From assembly GCA_030295235.1 (NCBI GenBank), contig AP026167.1:248001-312000 (forward strand): a stretch of DNA of 64,000 nt, given 5' to 3'. Within the stretch, counting starts at the first letter, position 1. Every line of letters starts with the position of its first letter. The stretch comes from Fistulifera solaris (Eukaryota). Made by a program: the position numbers and the translations under genes. This document shows, in pieces, positions 1 through 12,488 of this stretch. Below the pieces are notes generated by a model. The model worked only from the letters and a program-made list of their open reading frames with translations, had not been told where the DNA came from and made no database searches.

Positions 1-19
1 TGTTTGGCTGTCGATACAG

Positions 20-1360
20 GGAAAAAATGGAATCGGAAAGAATAAGGATGGTCAATGTGCGGATGACACTATCGTGCGGGTTCCGCCGGGAACGGTAGTC
101 CGTGAATTGACCACGCAAAAGTTGGCTGGTGAATTGCGAACGCACGGAGAAAGACTGTTAGTTGCCAAAGGAGGGCGAGGTGGACGGGGAAATGCAGCTT
201 TCATGACACAGCGTCGGACGGCACCGAAATTAGCGGAACGAGGAGAACCGGGAGCATCGCGCTGGTTGAGTATTGAACTGCGGTTAGTGGCCGATGTTGG
301 CTTTTTGGGTATGCCGAACGCGGGAAAGTCTACTTTATTGGCGGCAGCTTCCGCCGCTCGGCCCAAAATTGCCAATTATCCGTTCACAACGATTGTTCCG
401 AATCTGGGAGTATGTGATGTCGGGGATGGGGCGGGCTTGGTGCTATGTGATATTCCGGGGCTGATTGAAGGAGCCTCAGAAGGTGCAGGTATGGGCGGTG
501 CCTTTTTACGACATGTGCAAAGATGTAAGGTTTTGTTACATGTAGTCGACGGGACATCGGAAGATCCGGTGCAGGATTTTATTACGATCAATAACGAATT
601 GAAGCAATACGACGATTTCCTGGCACAAAAACCACAGGTTGTTATTCTGAACAAAGTGGATGTTCCTGAAGTAAAGGAGAAAGAAGAAGAGTTGTTGCAA
701 AGCCTTCGTGAGGCAGCCGGACATTCTCGCGTGCTGCCCGTTTCAGCGGCCACCACCGAGAACGTTAGTCAACTCATGTCTCGGCTCAGTAAGTTTGTAG
801 CGGCGCAACCCAAGCCAGATTTACCACCGCTTCCGGAAGTAGATTTGTCCAAGGCGGGCTTGGAATATGATAGTGATGATTACGAAATCATTTCTGATCC
901 TGCCTATCCTGGACAATGGCGCATATCTGGACAGCACATTGAGCAAATTGCCAAAATGACACATTGGGAGTACCCAGAAGCAGTGGAACGTTTCGGCCGG
1001 CAGTTGGAAGCTTTGGGAATCAGCAGTGAATTATCCCGTCGAGGCGCCGAAGATGGAGATCTGATCATGATCGACAAGTACGATTTTGAATTTTCACCGA
1101 ATTTGACCAATCCTTACATTCCCCCCGAATTAATCGAGGCGGAAGAAATGTTTGCTTCGAAATCTCGAGCGGCTGTAAAGAATGACGAAGAGGACGACGC
1201 GCTCTGGAGGCCGTTCCAAGAGGGTGGATTTTTGGATGTCGACACCGAAGAATTAGTTGGGTTTGGGGATCTTGATGATTGGATGTTACTCGAAGACGAT
1301 GAGTTTGGCGATGACTATATTCCTGAAGAGGGTGATGAAGTATGGACATCTAATGAATAA
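20..1360 (+). CDS. obgE: Obg/CgtA family GTPase, 3' exon (5' part lies outside the window)
   Basis: Gly-rich Obg fold (GGRGGRGNAAF), G1 GMPNAGKST, G2 YPFTT, G3 DIPG, G4 NKVD and a C-terminal Obg-CT region. The AG acceptor at 18-19 opens the frame (GKNGIGKNKDGQ...). Confidence 0.92.
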   Translation, partial: GKNGIGKNKDGQCADDTIVRVPPGTVVRELTTQKLAGELRTHGERLLVAKGGRGGRGNAAFMTQRRTAPKLAERGEPGASRWLSIELRLVADVGFLGMPNAGKSTLLAAASAARPKIANYPFTTIVPNLGVCDVGDGAGLVLCDIPGLIEGASEGAGMGGAFLRHVQRCKVLLHVVDGTSEDPVQDFITINNELKQYDDFLAQKPQVVILNKVDVPEVKEKEEELLQSLREAAGHSRVLPVSAATTENVSQLMSRLSKFVAAQPKPDLPPLPEVDLSKAGLEYDSDDYEIISDPAYPGQWRISGQHIEQIAKMTHWEYPEAVERFGRQLEALGISSELSRRGAEDGDLIMIDKYDFEFSPNLTNPYIPPELIEAEEMFASKSRAAVKNDEEDDALWRPFQEGGFLDVDTEELVGFGDLDDWMLLEDDEFGDDYIPEEGDEVWTSNE

Positions 1361-1391
1361 AAGAGAGAACGTTGCGACTAGACTATATCTA

Positions 1392-2959
1392 TTACTCTAT
1401 CTTTCTTAGCTTGGCAACGAAAAAACCATCGCACTGGCCAACTTCATCTGTGTTTACACCCGGAATGACTCGAATAAATCCATCTCTATCAATGGCTTTG
1501 TCAAAGCCAGGAATGTCGCCCTCTTGGAACGGAATCACTTCAACTTTTGATCCTGTTTTCCGTTTCAATAATTGTTTCACTTGATTTTCACTTTCGTTTG
1601 GAAGCAAACTGCATGTGGCGTACACGAGGCAGCCGCCCAAATCCAAAAGATTGTCAATGGCGTGGCACGTAATGGCAAATTGTGTTTGAAGAAGATCTTC
1701 GTAGTTCGCGTCACGTCGCAGTACATCGGGTCGTTTACTGGCGGTTCCGGTAGCTGTACACGGAACGTCCGCCAAAATCCCCTGGATTTTTTCATCCGTC
1801 TGCCATTGGGAAGCGTCCGCAATATGAATGTCCCAGTCCATGTTCAGGCGTTCTCTATTTTCTTTCAAACGCTTGGAGCGTCGATTGGAAATTTCGACTG
1901 CCGTGACAGTGCCGAATCCGTAACTTGAAAGTTGAGCCGTTTTCCCACCTGGGGAAGCACACAGATCCACGACATGTTGCTCTCGAACGGACTCCTTTCT
2001 ACTCAGCTCCTGATAAAGAGCCATGGCAGGAATGGTTGCTGCTACATCTTGTAGCCACCAAATACCCTCCTCGTATCCGGGCCAATTCGAGATGGGCCCT
2101 GGCGGAGGATGATCGATACGAATGGATCCCTGTGGTAAGATGGTCGCATTGTCAAATGTCCCCGCAATGTCTTCCAGGACGTCCTTCGATTGTCCTGGAA
2201 TATACCCTTGACGGTGATACATCGTGGACTTTCCATCATCGATGCCTCCAAAATTTTGTGCGTCGCCTCTTCTCCCCAGGCTTTCTTCCATGCCTCAATT
2301 AACCATGGCGCTGCATTGTCTTCAACGCTACAGCATTCAGCCAACAACGTGGGACCTTCCCGCGACAATCGTCGCAATAAAGCATTTACAAATTTGATTC
2401 TCGTTTCGGAAATAGCTTTCCTATCTTTAAAATTCATGCGCAACACATCGACGGTTTCTTTGACGGCCGCATGCGCCGGAGTCTCCAAAAACAAAAGCTG
2501 GGCCGCCCCGACCATCAAGACAGTTTGCAACAAATACTCTTCTTTCGTGCGACGCTTGTGTTGCGTCTGACAATGTTCGAGAACCTTTTCGATTTGTCCC
2601 TTTCGTCGTTGTACGGTCGTTAAAAGTCTTCGACAAAAGGCCCGATCTCGCGTCGAAAGTGTGGCGAATTGAGGGTGACGCGAGAGTTGTTCGATGGGAT
2701 CCGATGATTTCTTGGACAGCAACGCATCCACGACGAGATAACGAGTAGATATTGTAGTTGTTTGGTGACTTTCGGTGCTCGATTGTACAATTGTCAAGGC
2801 ACGGGGATGCCGTACCGTAGGACTTTGAAGGAGACGAGGACGAGCGGCAAGAAGGTCGGCTGTATTGGAGAGTGAGAGAAATCCCTCCGAAATTGACGTT
2901 TGTAGAACAGTCAGGCACAGTACGCAAACGGCTCGCTTTGTAATGTGTGCAGAATGCAT
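1392..2959 (-). CDS. rsmB: RsmB/Sun-type RNA m5C methyltransferase (NusB-like + MTase domains), probably plastid-targeted; one frameshift near 2195
   Basis: Motifs HAAVKETV and FVNALLR (NusB-like), QDVAA, DLCASPGGKT, DVPCTATG, YATCS and DGFFVA, spread over overlapping ORFs 2042-2959 and 1392-2291. Hydrophobic N-terminus followed by EG-F. Confidence 0.88.
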
Positions 2960-3801
2960 TCTGGCTTTTCCTTTTTTATGTTCTTGGCTGTTTTGATTCT
3001 CTGTTTCAATACCGATTTCTCCTCGTTATGTTCTTGGCTATTTTGCTTCTCTGCTTCGATATCAATAGTCTTTATAGAAGCTTCAGACTTTTATATCACA
3101 ATAACGCCGTGATGATGATGGTGGTGGTGATGACGATGATGATGAATTGGAATGTTTTCGCAGCCGAAAATGAAGGGTCATCAGACAAGAGTCGTTGCGG
3201 CATTCCATTTCTGTCCGTTTCGGTGAAGTTGCATTTTGCGTCAGTTTCGCACCGGAAACGTTACATAGGCTTTCTACTTTTTCGTATCAACATTCAAAAA
3301 ATTCGGCTTCCGTATTTTCCGTCCATCTGGCGACAGCCGGCGTAGTTTCCAAAACGTCATTTTTGGACTTCCACATACATAACAAAATATTCATGACTGG
3401 TGGGAACTAAAGCTCTACTAGCTATAAAGAGACCAGGGAAGAGAAGCTAGTCAAACGAATTTTGTATTACTGCATGTAATCGTCGGCTTCCCGCCTTGAG
3501 CGTTGGTCCAGCGACAATTGTGGATGACGAAGCAAGGCAGCGTGGCGAAGTCAAAGATGGGTTTCGATCGGCAGCCGTCGACGCGTAAGAGCTTTGCGGG
3601 AGAAAGGATACAGCGTGGAATCAATGTAGGCTCCTGAAAGCCAAGACAGATTGCAGAAAACTAAGGTAACATTACCTTGACTCTACTAGAAGTTTCAAAG
3701 AGAAGCCAAAGTCACAAGAGTTATGTCTCTATTAAAATAGTTAGCACCTCAGGAAACCTCGGAACCTAATTATTTATAGGATCGATAACACTCGACTCCG
3801 C

Positions 3802-4124
3802 TTAAGAATTCAACGTTGACTGTGGTGTAATCGGTCGATTGCCCTGTATGACCGACAAACCGAAGAATCCATGAGAAGAATGCCGATGCATTGTGGATTT
3901 TACCTGGAAAGATGAAAAGTGGAGCACTCCCTGCACGAACGTACCTTGCACGTCTCGGAATTGTCGGTGGGCTGTAATTTTGGCAAGCCATCTTCCAGTC
4001 GGGGTGGAATGTTCTGCTCCATGGACGTTCCGCAACAGTCCTGTCTTTGGTCCTCGAACGCATAAAATGGCCGACATGCGTCCAATATTTCTCGATAGAC
4101 ATCCAAGTGGATCTCGGACGCCAT
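3802..4124 (-). CDS. Possible small two-exon ORF (MASEIHLDVYREIL...), function unknown
   Basis: ATG at 4124, a good donor (AAG|GTACGT) near 3944 and a CAG acceptor near 3844 would give about 73 aa. No recognisable domain. Confidence 0.2.
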
Positions 4125-4592
4125 TCTGCAGCGTTGGTTTGCGAAGGATATGAAAAAGGTAGGTATGAAAAATAATGACAATGCGAACAAATCAAAGGAT
4201 GCGCCATTCCAGTTTCGAAATATCAAAAACGACGGGGAAATGTGAGCAGTGTGATGCGAGAAGGATGCCATGTACGTTGAAGTACGTCAACTTGCGCTGA
4301 AGACCATGTATGCTTTCGGCAGTTGGCAGTTGGTTCGTTTCTGATGAAAAGGAAAGGACAAGTCTTAAAATTTGAAATCGCGAAGGCTGCATTGAAGTTT
4401 CTCAGAAACGACAAGGTTGGTTTGACTTTCCAAAAGGATAGTCGTTTGAACGTCAGCAAACTCTCGTGCGCACTTCAACCGGCATTTGGTAGTTCGGTTC
4501 GCGTTTGGTGGATGGACAGATGGCTTTCGGAAACCGTGGCGCCAGCGTGGCAAATGGCACAATGGCCTTCAAGCCGGACTCCCTGTTGTATC

Positions 4593-4722
4593 TGAGTCAT
4601 GAGTCATGAGGGCGACGAACAAAAATATTCGTGACTCATTCCATCTGAGGAGTCAGTAGTCACTTGTGAGACGTGAACATGAAAATGACTCTTTGCACCG
4701 AAAAAGTTTCGATGATGACTCC
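4593..4722. promoter_or_regulatory. Cluster of TGA(C/G)TCA (AP-1/bZIP-type) motifs upstream of the copine gene
   Basis: TGAGTCA-TGAGTCA in tandem at 4593-4606, TGACTCA at 4632-4638, and further TGACTC at about 4686 and 4716. Confidence 0.4.
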
Positions 4723-4902
4723 TCCACCTTTGGGCCGACTTGAATGAGATGAGCTTTTAACAACAATAACTTCATGGTTCTCCAATAAATGCTTTTGGCG
4801 GTTGCACGTCAATCATACCGCGGAGACGACGTGACAGAGTCTGTTTTAGAAAGCCTCATCGTTCCGATAGAGCCTCACATTGCGTGAAGAACAAATCTCA
4901 CG

Positions 4903-7085
4903 ATGCTTCCGCAAAAAGTAATCAACCAAATGATGCTGAATCCCATGATGAAGCTCAAGCAATCCAAGGGTCAGGGAGGTCGCCGTGGGAAGCTAAAACG
5001 CCAGAACTCGCGCTTGGCATGGGATTCACGCATTACAGCGCCATCCATTAAACTGGATTTAGTGGTAGAATGCCGGCGATTGCCCAAGAAGGATAGTTTC
5101 AGTCAGGCGAACGCCTTTTGCGGAGTGTGGGAAGTACCGCCGGGTTTTCGATCCGAGGGTTCGAAAGGGGTTAGTAAATTACCCGCACGTCAGGAAAAAG
5201 AAATCGGTAGAACAGAAGTTGTACGAGAAAACAAAAATCCGAAATTCAGCACGACTTTTCGATTGGAATACCGATTCAACATTGAGCAGACGTATGTTGT
5301 GCGAGTCTACGACGAAGATTTGAGGTATGCATCTGATTTGAAAGAGCATGACTTTATTGGGGGATATGTTTTTACGTTGGGTGAATTGCTCGGAGCCAAT
5401 GGATGTTCTATAGCGCGTCCGCTGGAAAAAGGAAACGCATTTTTAATTTTGACGGGGGTCGAAATTCTCGAAACGAGGGAGGTACTGGAATTCCGATTCT
5501 CGGGACAGGGATTAGGTTTGCTGGAACGTAAAAACAAGGTGCAGGATGTACTGAAACAAATTGACAAAGTTCATCTGGCCAAGAATGCACTGAAAACGAT
5601 CGACAAAGTGAACGTTGCCAAGACCATGTTGGATTCTATCGATCACTTTGATCCTTACTTTACACTAGAGAAACTGAATACAGAAGATCAGACCTGGAAG
5701 GTAATATGGAAATCAGAAGTGATGAAAGACGATCAGGATCCATGCTGGAATGTTGCAAGGTTGCCGTTGCAGTTGTTATGCGGTGACGATCCCACGACCC
5801 CACTGAAAATAACTATTTGGGATTGGAATCGATTCACTCCAGGTACGTGAGTGTAATGAGTTGCACCCCCGCTTGGTCTTGTACTTGTTGCGCGTTCCTT
5901 CCTTCTAAATTGATACGCTCATTTTCTTCACCTCGATTGCAGATGAATTGGCTGGTTTTGTCGAAACTTCCGTGGACGAACTCGTCCACAAAGCAAAAGC
6001 GCGGTATACCCATGTTTGATGTCATGTTCGAAAAGCGAAAAATATTGGGCGGTACCAAGTTGAAAAAGGCTGGTTGTCTCAAAGTTCTCAAGGGTGCAAT
6101 TGTCGAAATTCCCAGTATGATGCAGTACGTGTCGGGTGGCTGTAAGATGGACTTGATTTTCGCCGTCGATTGCTCGTTTGGTAACGGGGAAGATATCCGG
6201 GAAGAAAACAATTATCATTTCCATACACATACGTGGCTCAATGGTAAGTGTGTCCTTGACTCTGCGTTTTCTGAGAAGGTTCGCATCTCATCCTTCAACC
6301 ATGCGTCCTCCATCGTGACAGATTACCAGGCCGCAATACTAAAAATTGCCAGTATCTATGATTCGTTCGACACGGCCAATCCTTTTACGCTGTGGGGTTA
6401 CGGAGGTCTGATCAACGGCGCCCAGCAACCCTACTTCATTATGGGAGAGAACCTAGCGAGCTCGGACGCGGTCGTGCAAGCGTACGACATTTTCTTTGCC
6501 CCCGACAATCCGTATTTTACCTTGGGACCTCGTGCCGAGATGCGACATGTGGTCCAAGCTGCCATGTATCGGGCAATCCGATCCAATCAGCAACATCACT
6601 GCTATACGACTCTCGTGATCCTATCGACGGGAGAAATCAGTGATTTACAGCAAACGATAGACTCGGTGTGTTCATCCGCAGAAGATGCGCCACTCTCTAT
6701 TGTTATCATTGGTGTGGGTGGAAAGAGTTTTAAGAATATTGAGAAGCTCATGGGCGACGAATCGGGTAAACTGCGGCATTCCAATGGTGTCCCGGTAGCG
6801 TTGGACGTAGTGCAGTTTGTGGTGTTTAACGACTACCATGGCAGTGCGAGTCGGTGTGCTGCCGCTGCCCTCCGTGATGTTCCCGAACAATTTGTGCAGC
6901 ACTTTTTGAATGCCGGCGTGAAACCCAAACCGCCCCAAGCTATGCCGGACTTTGAGGAACTAGTCAGTAAATCAGTGAAGCAAATGAAGAAGCTTAGAGA
7001 TGGCGGTAAGAAATCCAAAAAGAAGAAAGTTGTCGAGAAGCAGGAAGAAGAAGGGGACGATGATAAATCAATGGAGGCACTTTAG
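4903..7085 (+). CDS. Copine (C2A-C2B-vWA); introns 5843-5942 and 6244-6321; frameshift near 5996
   Basis: C2 motifs (IGRTEVV..NKNPKF, VYDED, DPYF, WKSEV..DQDPCW) and copine vWA motifs (FAVDCS, YTTLVILSTGEISD, PLSIVIIGVG, DVVQFV, VPEQF). GT..AG introns are visible. Confidence 0.9.
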
Positions 7086-7290
7086 AGGCAGCGCCGAAGA
7101 GAGAACGATCTGTTGCATTCTTTTTCTTCACACCTTTATTTCATCAATAAGCCCTGCCGTCACTATCGTGCTAAAGTTAAAACTGTGATCATTTCATCGA
7201 GCGCACAACGAAAGACCTTTAGGTTTAACGAGTAAGACTCTAGCGTTTCTAGAATTCATTCTGGAGGGACCCATTTCAGTCGTGTTCCTA

Positions 7291-8177
7291 TTACAATTCG
7301 GCCGTTCCCACCATAGATCGTTCTACGACTATTTTATTCCAACAATCTTGAATGTAGGGAATGCTGGCAATTTCGACCAACCAAATCAAAAAGGTCCAAA
7401 AGGCCATCGTCACCAAAGGCACTTGGGGATTGCGATCGTACCACAAGGAAAAGGTCGCGTGCACAAAAAGAAGGGCGCCACGCAGGCTCGAACGGCTACG
7501 TACGCCACACTAAATAAATATTCAATCATCAGGTACAATTGTTGACTGAGCGGACCATTGCAACACTCCAATTGTTGTGCCGCAATTGCAATAAAGTACG
7601 CATTGTGAAACGGATTCGTCATTTCTCCCAAAAACATGCAAATAAAGGCCGACTGGTGTCCCGCACGATGAATCCGACACAAGGTCATGTACAATGTCGT
7701 GGCAATGTGATGCCCCAAGAACATAAGCGCATCGCCTTGAATGCCATCATCGCTCATCGTCCAATTCAACCACAATACATTGAGGAGACAGTCGTAGAGC
7801 ATATAGCCGGTACAGAATTGAAGCAGACACGTTGCGGCGTGTTGATAAAATGCCGGTGCTTCCGCGAGGGATTCACTCGGTCGATACCGATGAATGCGAA
7901 AGGTTTGCCACAGGGAAGGCACCAAGAGGGACGAATGCAGCATGGCGGGGACACTGGCGGATGCCGTCTTGGTGACAAAGGAAACGGCCGGCCATCCAAA
8001 GATGGTGACCATGACAAATTCGGCCAGAAAGCGGACGCCACTCAAAAAAAGGGCCGACGCCAGTGTCAAGGAAACATCGAGACCTCCTACGGAGATTCGT
8101 GGCAATGCGTCATCGATGTTGCACCACCATTGCAGTAAGCGCGGTTGCTGGCTGCTTTTATTAGCTGGTTGTGTCAT
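7291..8177 (-). CDS. TLC (TRAM/LAG1/CLN8) domain membrane protein; frameshift near 7467
   Basis: Multiple TM segments with GYMLYD, FLGHH and GEMTNPFHN, typical of TLC proteins. The alternative frame continues ...SIPYIQDCW... to a TAA at 7291. Confidence 0.8.
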
Positions 8178-8302
8178 CACTTGTGCTTACAAAAAAGGAA
8201 AGGGAGTGAATTATTTATCAAAGGTATTATAAGAAGCAATTTACTTGTACTTGTACTTGTACTTAGTAGACGAAAACGTTTCGTCTCATCTCATTCGCGT
8301 TG

Positions 8303-8305
<3 letters not shown>

Positions 8306-8338
<33 letters not shown>
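8306..8338. repeat. (GT)n microsatellite, about 16 units
   Basis: Perfect dinucleotide run. Confidence 0.97.
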
Positions 8339-8339
<1 letters not shown>

Positions 8340-8498
8340 TGCGACGCGACGGCGGAGCAGGTGCGCCTTGTTTTACTTTTCTCAATACAGTGAGATCAAA
8401 ATCCGCGATTATTATAATGAGTACCGCGCCGACTTCCACCTGTGCATACAAAAAAATAATGAATGCGATCGATTATTTATCCCCGCGATATTCTCTGC

Positions 8499-9518
8499 TC
8501 ACCACTCGGGATCTTGCACAAACGTAACTTGCTCCTGGGTACGGGGATGAGGAAATGATAGTTGATACGCATGCAAATACAGTCGTTGGCGGTCCTCGTT
8601 TTCATTTCCATACAAAGTATCTCCCACAATTCCTCCAAAATGAGCCGCACAATGGACCCGCAATTGATGGGTGCGGCCCGTGATGGGTTTCAATTCCAAA
8701 TAATAATCGTCACTGTCAGCCACTTGTCGTCGTCGCCACAGCGTCGTGCATTCTTTGGCATCATCTTTGTCTGTCGAAATTTCCCATTTCAATCGTTCGT
8801 TTGGTGAAGGTTTCAAGGCATCGTGGATCGTTTGCCATTCCTCCTCTGTTGTCGTCACGGTCGTCGTCGGTAGTCGATGTACCTTGGCCCAGTATACTTT
8901 TGTTACAGAATAACGTTCTCGCCAAGCACGACACAAAGCCGCGGCCGCCAGTGACGTACGTCCCACCACCAAAACACCCGATGTAGCACAATCGAGTCGA
9001 TGCACAATATGCCAGGCCGTGGCAGTCGTCATCGGATACCATAAGCACAATTGTCCCACGACGGATTCTTCGGGAGTTGTAGCTTTCGGCAAGAGACGTC
9101 GCTGTGCTTTCGACAATCGTTGAAAGATGCGGGGCAAGAGTGTGATTGTGACATCTTCATTCTTGTTGTTCTCGGCGGTAAAGGTCGCCGCCCCGTACTT
9201 GGACCAATTTCGTTTCACAAACGATTGAAAGGGTTTCCATTTGTGCGGAAGACAGTTGGCATAATTGTCAACTTGTGATATTTGACATAAGAAGGTATCA
9301 ATCTCATCTTGGGGCTGTGTCAGGGTCTTGGCATAGTTACAAACGACGTGTTTCCAAGCTTGAGAGGCCGAATATTGGGGTTGTTGTTGTTGTTGTTGTG
9401 GCTCCGCATTTCCTGGAACGGTCCGTAAATGAGGTGGCTTGGCCACTACAACTATATCATCGTCTTCATATAAGATACGAATCCGTAATGGTAGTGGTAT
9501 ATGTGCTAAGGGAGACAT
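8499..9518 (-). CDS. RluA-family pseudouridine synthase
   Basis: ILYEDDDIVVVAKP, HRLDCATSG (catalytic Asp), PITGRTHQLRVH, GDTLYG, LYLHAYQLSFPHP. Confidence 0.92.
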   Translation of the reverse strand: MSPLAHIPLPLRIRILYEDDDIVVVAKPPHLRTVPGNAEPQQQQQQPQYSASQAWKHVVCNYAKTLTQPQDEIDTFLCQISQVDNYANCLPHKWKPFQSFVKRNWSKYGAATFTAENNKNEDVTITLLPRIFQRLSKAQRRLLPKATTPEESVVGQLCLWYPMTTATAWHIVHRLDCATSGVLVVGRTSLAAAALCRAWRERYSVTKVYWAKVHRLPTTTVTTTEEEWQTIHDALKPSPNERLKWEISTDKDDAKECTTLWRRRQVADSDDYYLELKPITGRTHQLRVHCAAHFGGIVGDTLYGNENEDRQRLYLHAYQLSFPHPRTQEQVTFVQDPEW

Positions 9519-9922
9519 TTTATGCTGATGGATGATGTGAAATGGTCGGATCTAATTGTTGTAAAAAAAATACTCCGTAAACAAATAAAAAACGACGTGC
9601 GAAGAAAATTACCCGCCGTAAAGGTTTCTACAGTAGGGGTGGGGGAACTTCCGAAACGGTACTCAAAGCTCATAGCAGTTGAATTATTCTCAAGTTTCAA
9701 CAGCGAAAGTAAAATCTTCCTACTACGTAGCAAGTTTCGCTGACGGCGGGGTGGCGAATCTTGCCGCCGATCTTTCGTCGTCATCTCTCCTCTCAGAAGT
9801 AAAAGGTACGTAGTTACTACTACTCCGTATTAATTACTCCGAGTACTCCATACTTTTTTTGCAATCACAACACATAACAACACAACAACACAACCAAACA
9901 AAAAAAGAACAACAAACAAACC

Positions 9923-11315
9923 ATGTCGTCGTCTCCTGTTTCCTCTCCTCCTCCTCCTCCCAAGAAATATATCAACATTAATGGTGTTATGAAATTGAAT
10001 CCGGAATACAAACAGTGGAAAGCTTCCACCACCCTGAGTGCCGAGGCGTTGCCGATCGTGTCGACAGTTCACGATTGTCAAGAAATGCAATCGGTCGCTC
10101 CTTCTTCCCAGATCAATAGTGAAACGCAAGAGACCCTCGATTCGATCCCCCAACGTTTGGATGGAATTTTATCGCCCGATACGGCCTTGACGCAATTGAC
10201 TAACTTGCTTTCCAAATACGAAGTGCCCCTCGGTTTGTTACGAAAATTGTTGATTCTGTCGGAATTTGATGTCTTGGAATTTTTGATTGATGATAGTGGA
10301 AGTATGGGATTGCTCAGTGATACCCAAGATGCGTACGGACGAACGCATACGCGTTGGCAGGAAGCGGCGAGTCGCTTGAAGGAAATGATGGAAATTCTGT
10401 CGTTTTTGCCCTTTCAACAGGTCAAAATTTGGTTTCTCAATCGTCCACAGACGTTACATTTCCAACGCCAGCATCGCGATCCGACTACATTGTTTCAAGA
10501 TATGGTTGCACAGATTGATCAAGTCTTTACCACAGCCCCTCCGTACGGGAGTACGCCCGCCTTGGAACGTTTGCAACAATCCTTTCGCACGTATCCACCG
10601 CAACAAAAAGTGGCACGTTACTTTTTTTGGAGATGGTGTCCCCAACGGTGGAAAAATGGCACAAAAACAGATTTTGACCTTGTTACAAACGCGTCCACAT
10701 CCGGAACAACATCCTGTCACGTTTTTGAGTTGCACGTCCAATGATGAAGAAGTGTTGTGGATGAAAGAAGCGGAGGAAGCTGCACCCTATTGTGCCGAGT
10801 GTGATGATTATGAGGATGAAAGACGGGAAGTCTTGGCCGATCAAGGAGCGGCCTTTCCGTATACTCGAGGCTTTTGGTTGATTTGTGCACTCGTGTCGGC
10901 CTGCTTCCCCGATGATTTGGATGCGTTAGATGAAAGTGTACCCTTTACGAAAACCACGTTAGACCGACTGTTGGGTATGGATCATACCGGAGAGTCGTAC
11001 AAGTATTATTTTGAGTGTTTCGTCAAAGCGCAAGCCAATAAAAAGTTGGAAAAGAAGGGGTTGTTTGGTCTACGCAACAAAAATAAAGTGGATGCCTTTA
11101 AAAAGAACCAGAACTGGAAACCCTACTACGATGAATTTGTCATTGCTCCCGTGGCACATCAGATACCTGTCGTTCGAGAATTCCGAGAAAAACTCAAAAG
11201 TTGGCATCGAAGTAAGAGACTCAACATTCGTAATATTCATTCGTTACAACAAAGTTCTAGCGTGTTTACATACACTCTTTATTGTTCCTACGTATGTGTG
11301 TCTTACTTCAATTGA
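9923..11315 (+). CDS. vWA/MIDAS-type protein of unknown function; frameshift in the T-run at 10622-10628; true stop uncertain
   Basis: [10 protein letters not shown] (DxSxS), RW.EA, FLNRP, GSTP and FFGDGVP, spread over ORFs 9923-10744 and 10506-11315. Confidence 0.7.
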
Positions 11316-12488
11316 TTCGCCGACCCTTGAAAGGCACTCGAGGACTTGAGCTTGGAATATTTCCCGGCAATCCGTGACTTTCGTTTCGATTCGACGTGGA
11401 TCGGTTCCGACGGTGGTGTTTCGGACGCACTATTTGTTGCACTCGTGGTCCGACCACTCCCATTCATGCTGCTGGCAGTTTGTTGCACCAAAAGTCGTTT
11501 CGCGGCTGCTTCGGCACGGAGTGCCCGAATATCGACTTCCTTTCCCGACGCATCCACGAGCGGAGCCGGGGCCTTGCCATCGAGTCGACGGGCACCCTCG
11601 CTTTGCAAGGCCCAATAATCGACCGCGGGTGCCTCTTCCGGAATTGCGGCATTCTTTTGCACTCCCGTGGCTCCCAGTCGTTCCGCCAAGGGAATTTCGG
11701 TTGTTTTTGAATTGTTGTTGCTTTCGGGACGCACAATTTGACCATTGACAATGCGTATTCCGGTGGCCTTTTCATCGGGAGCTTCCACATTGTTGTCGCC
11801 TTGACTAATATTGCTCACTTCCGTCGTCGTCGTCGGTCGTTCCGGTTCCACATACCCGACGGGTGCATCAAAGTCCACTTGACAATCCGTTTCAATAATA
11901 CAGGCGGCATCCGCTGGCTGGACTTGTTGCAAAGCAAGATGATAATTCTTGTCATTGTATTGAATTTGTATGACATCCCCCAAGGTGACGCACGAAAAGT
12001 TCCGTAACGCATGCTCCAACACAGCTTTCGGATTCGAAATTTCCAAAAAGTCGACGGATTGGGGCTGCAACTTGACAAAGGTGGCCTTAGGTAAACTGAT
12101 ATTTTTGACGGTAATCAAACTCCCTTCTTCGATTAACAAATTTTGCATCATCCAGTACGGAATATAACAGCATCCTTCTTCGGCCGTAAATTCCAAAACT
12201 CCCGAGTGAGTCCGACGAGATGAAGCCGCCGTGAGCTGAAACAGCATGGGATAATCAACATTCAAACGGGCCAGTGTGTCAAAGGCCGACGGCGGTAACA
12301 GAATCTTGTCTCCTCTCTACAAAATAGAGAATGAGTGTCAGCTCGTGAACAACCAGCCGAAGAAGAAGAAGAACACAATGACTCACCTCCAAATGCGCCT
12401 TGTCCGCGGCAGCGACGGAATAGCAATGATACTGTTCTTCAAAGTGACGCACAGCGGGGCCGGCAAAGCCCCATCCTGGAAGCATCAT
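11303..12488 (-). CDS. UFD1: Ubiquitin fusion degradation protein 1; intron 12317-12386
   Basis: [56 protein letters not shown] and a C-terminal SHP-box-like FQGSANQL. Confidence 0.95.
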
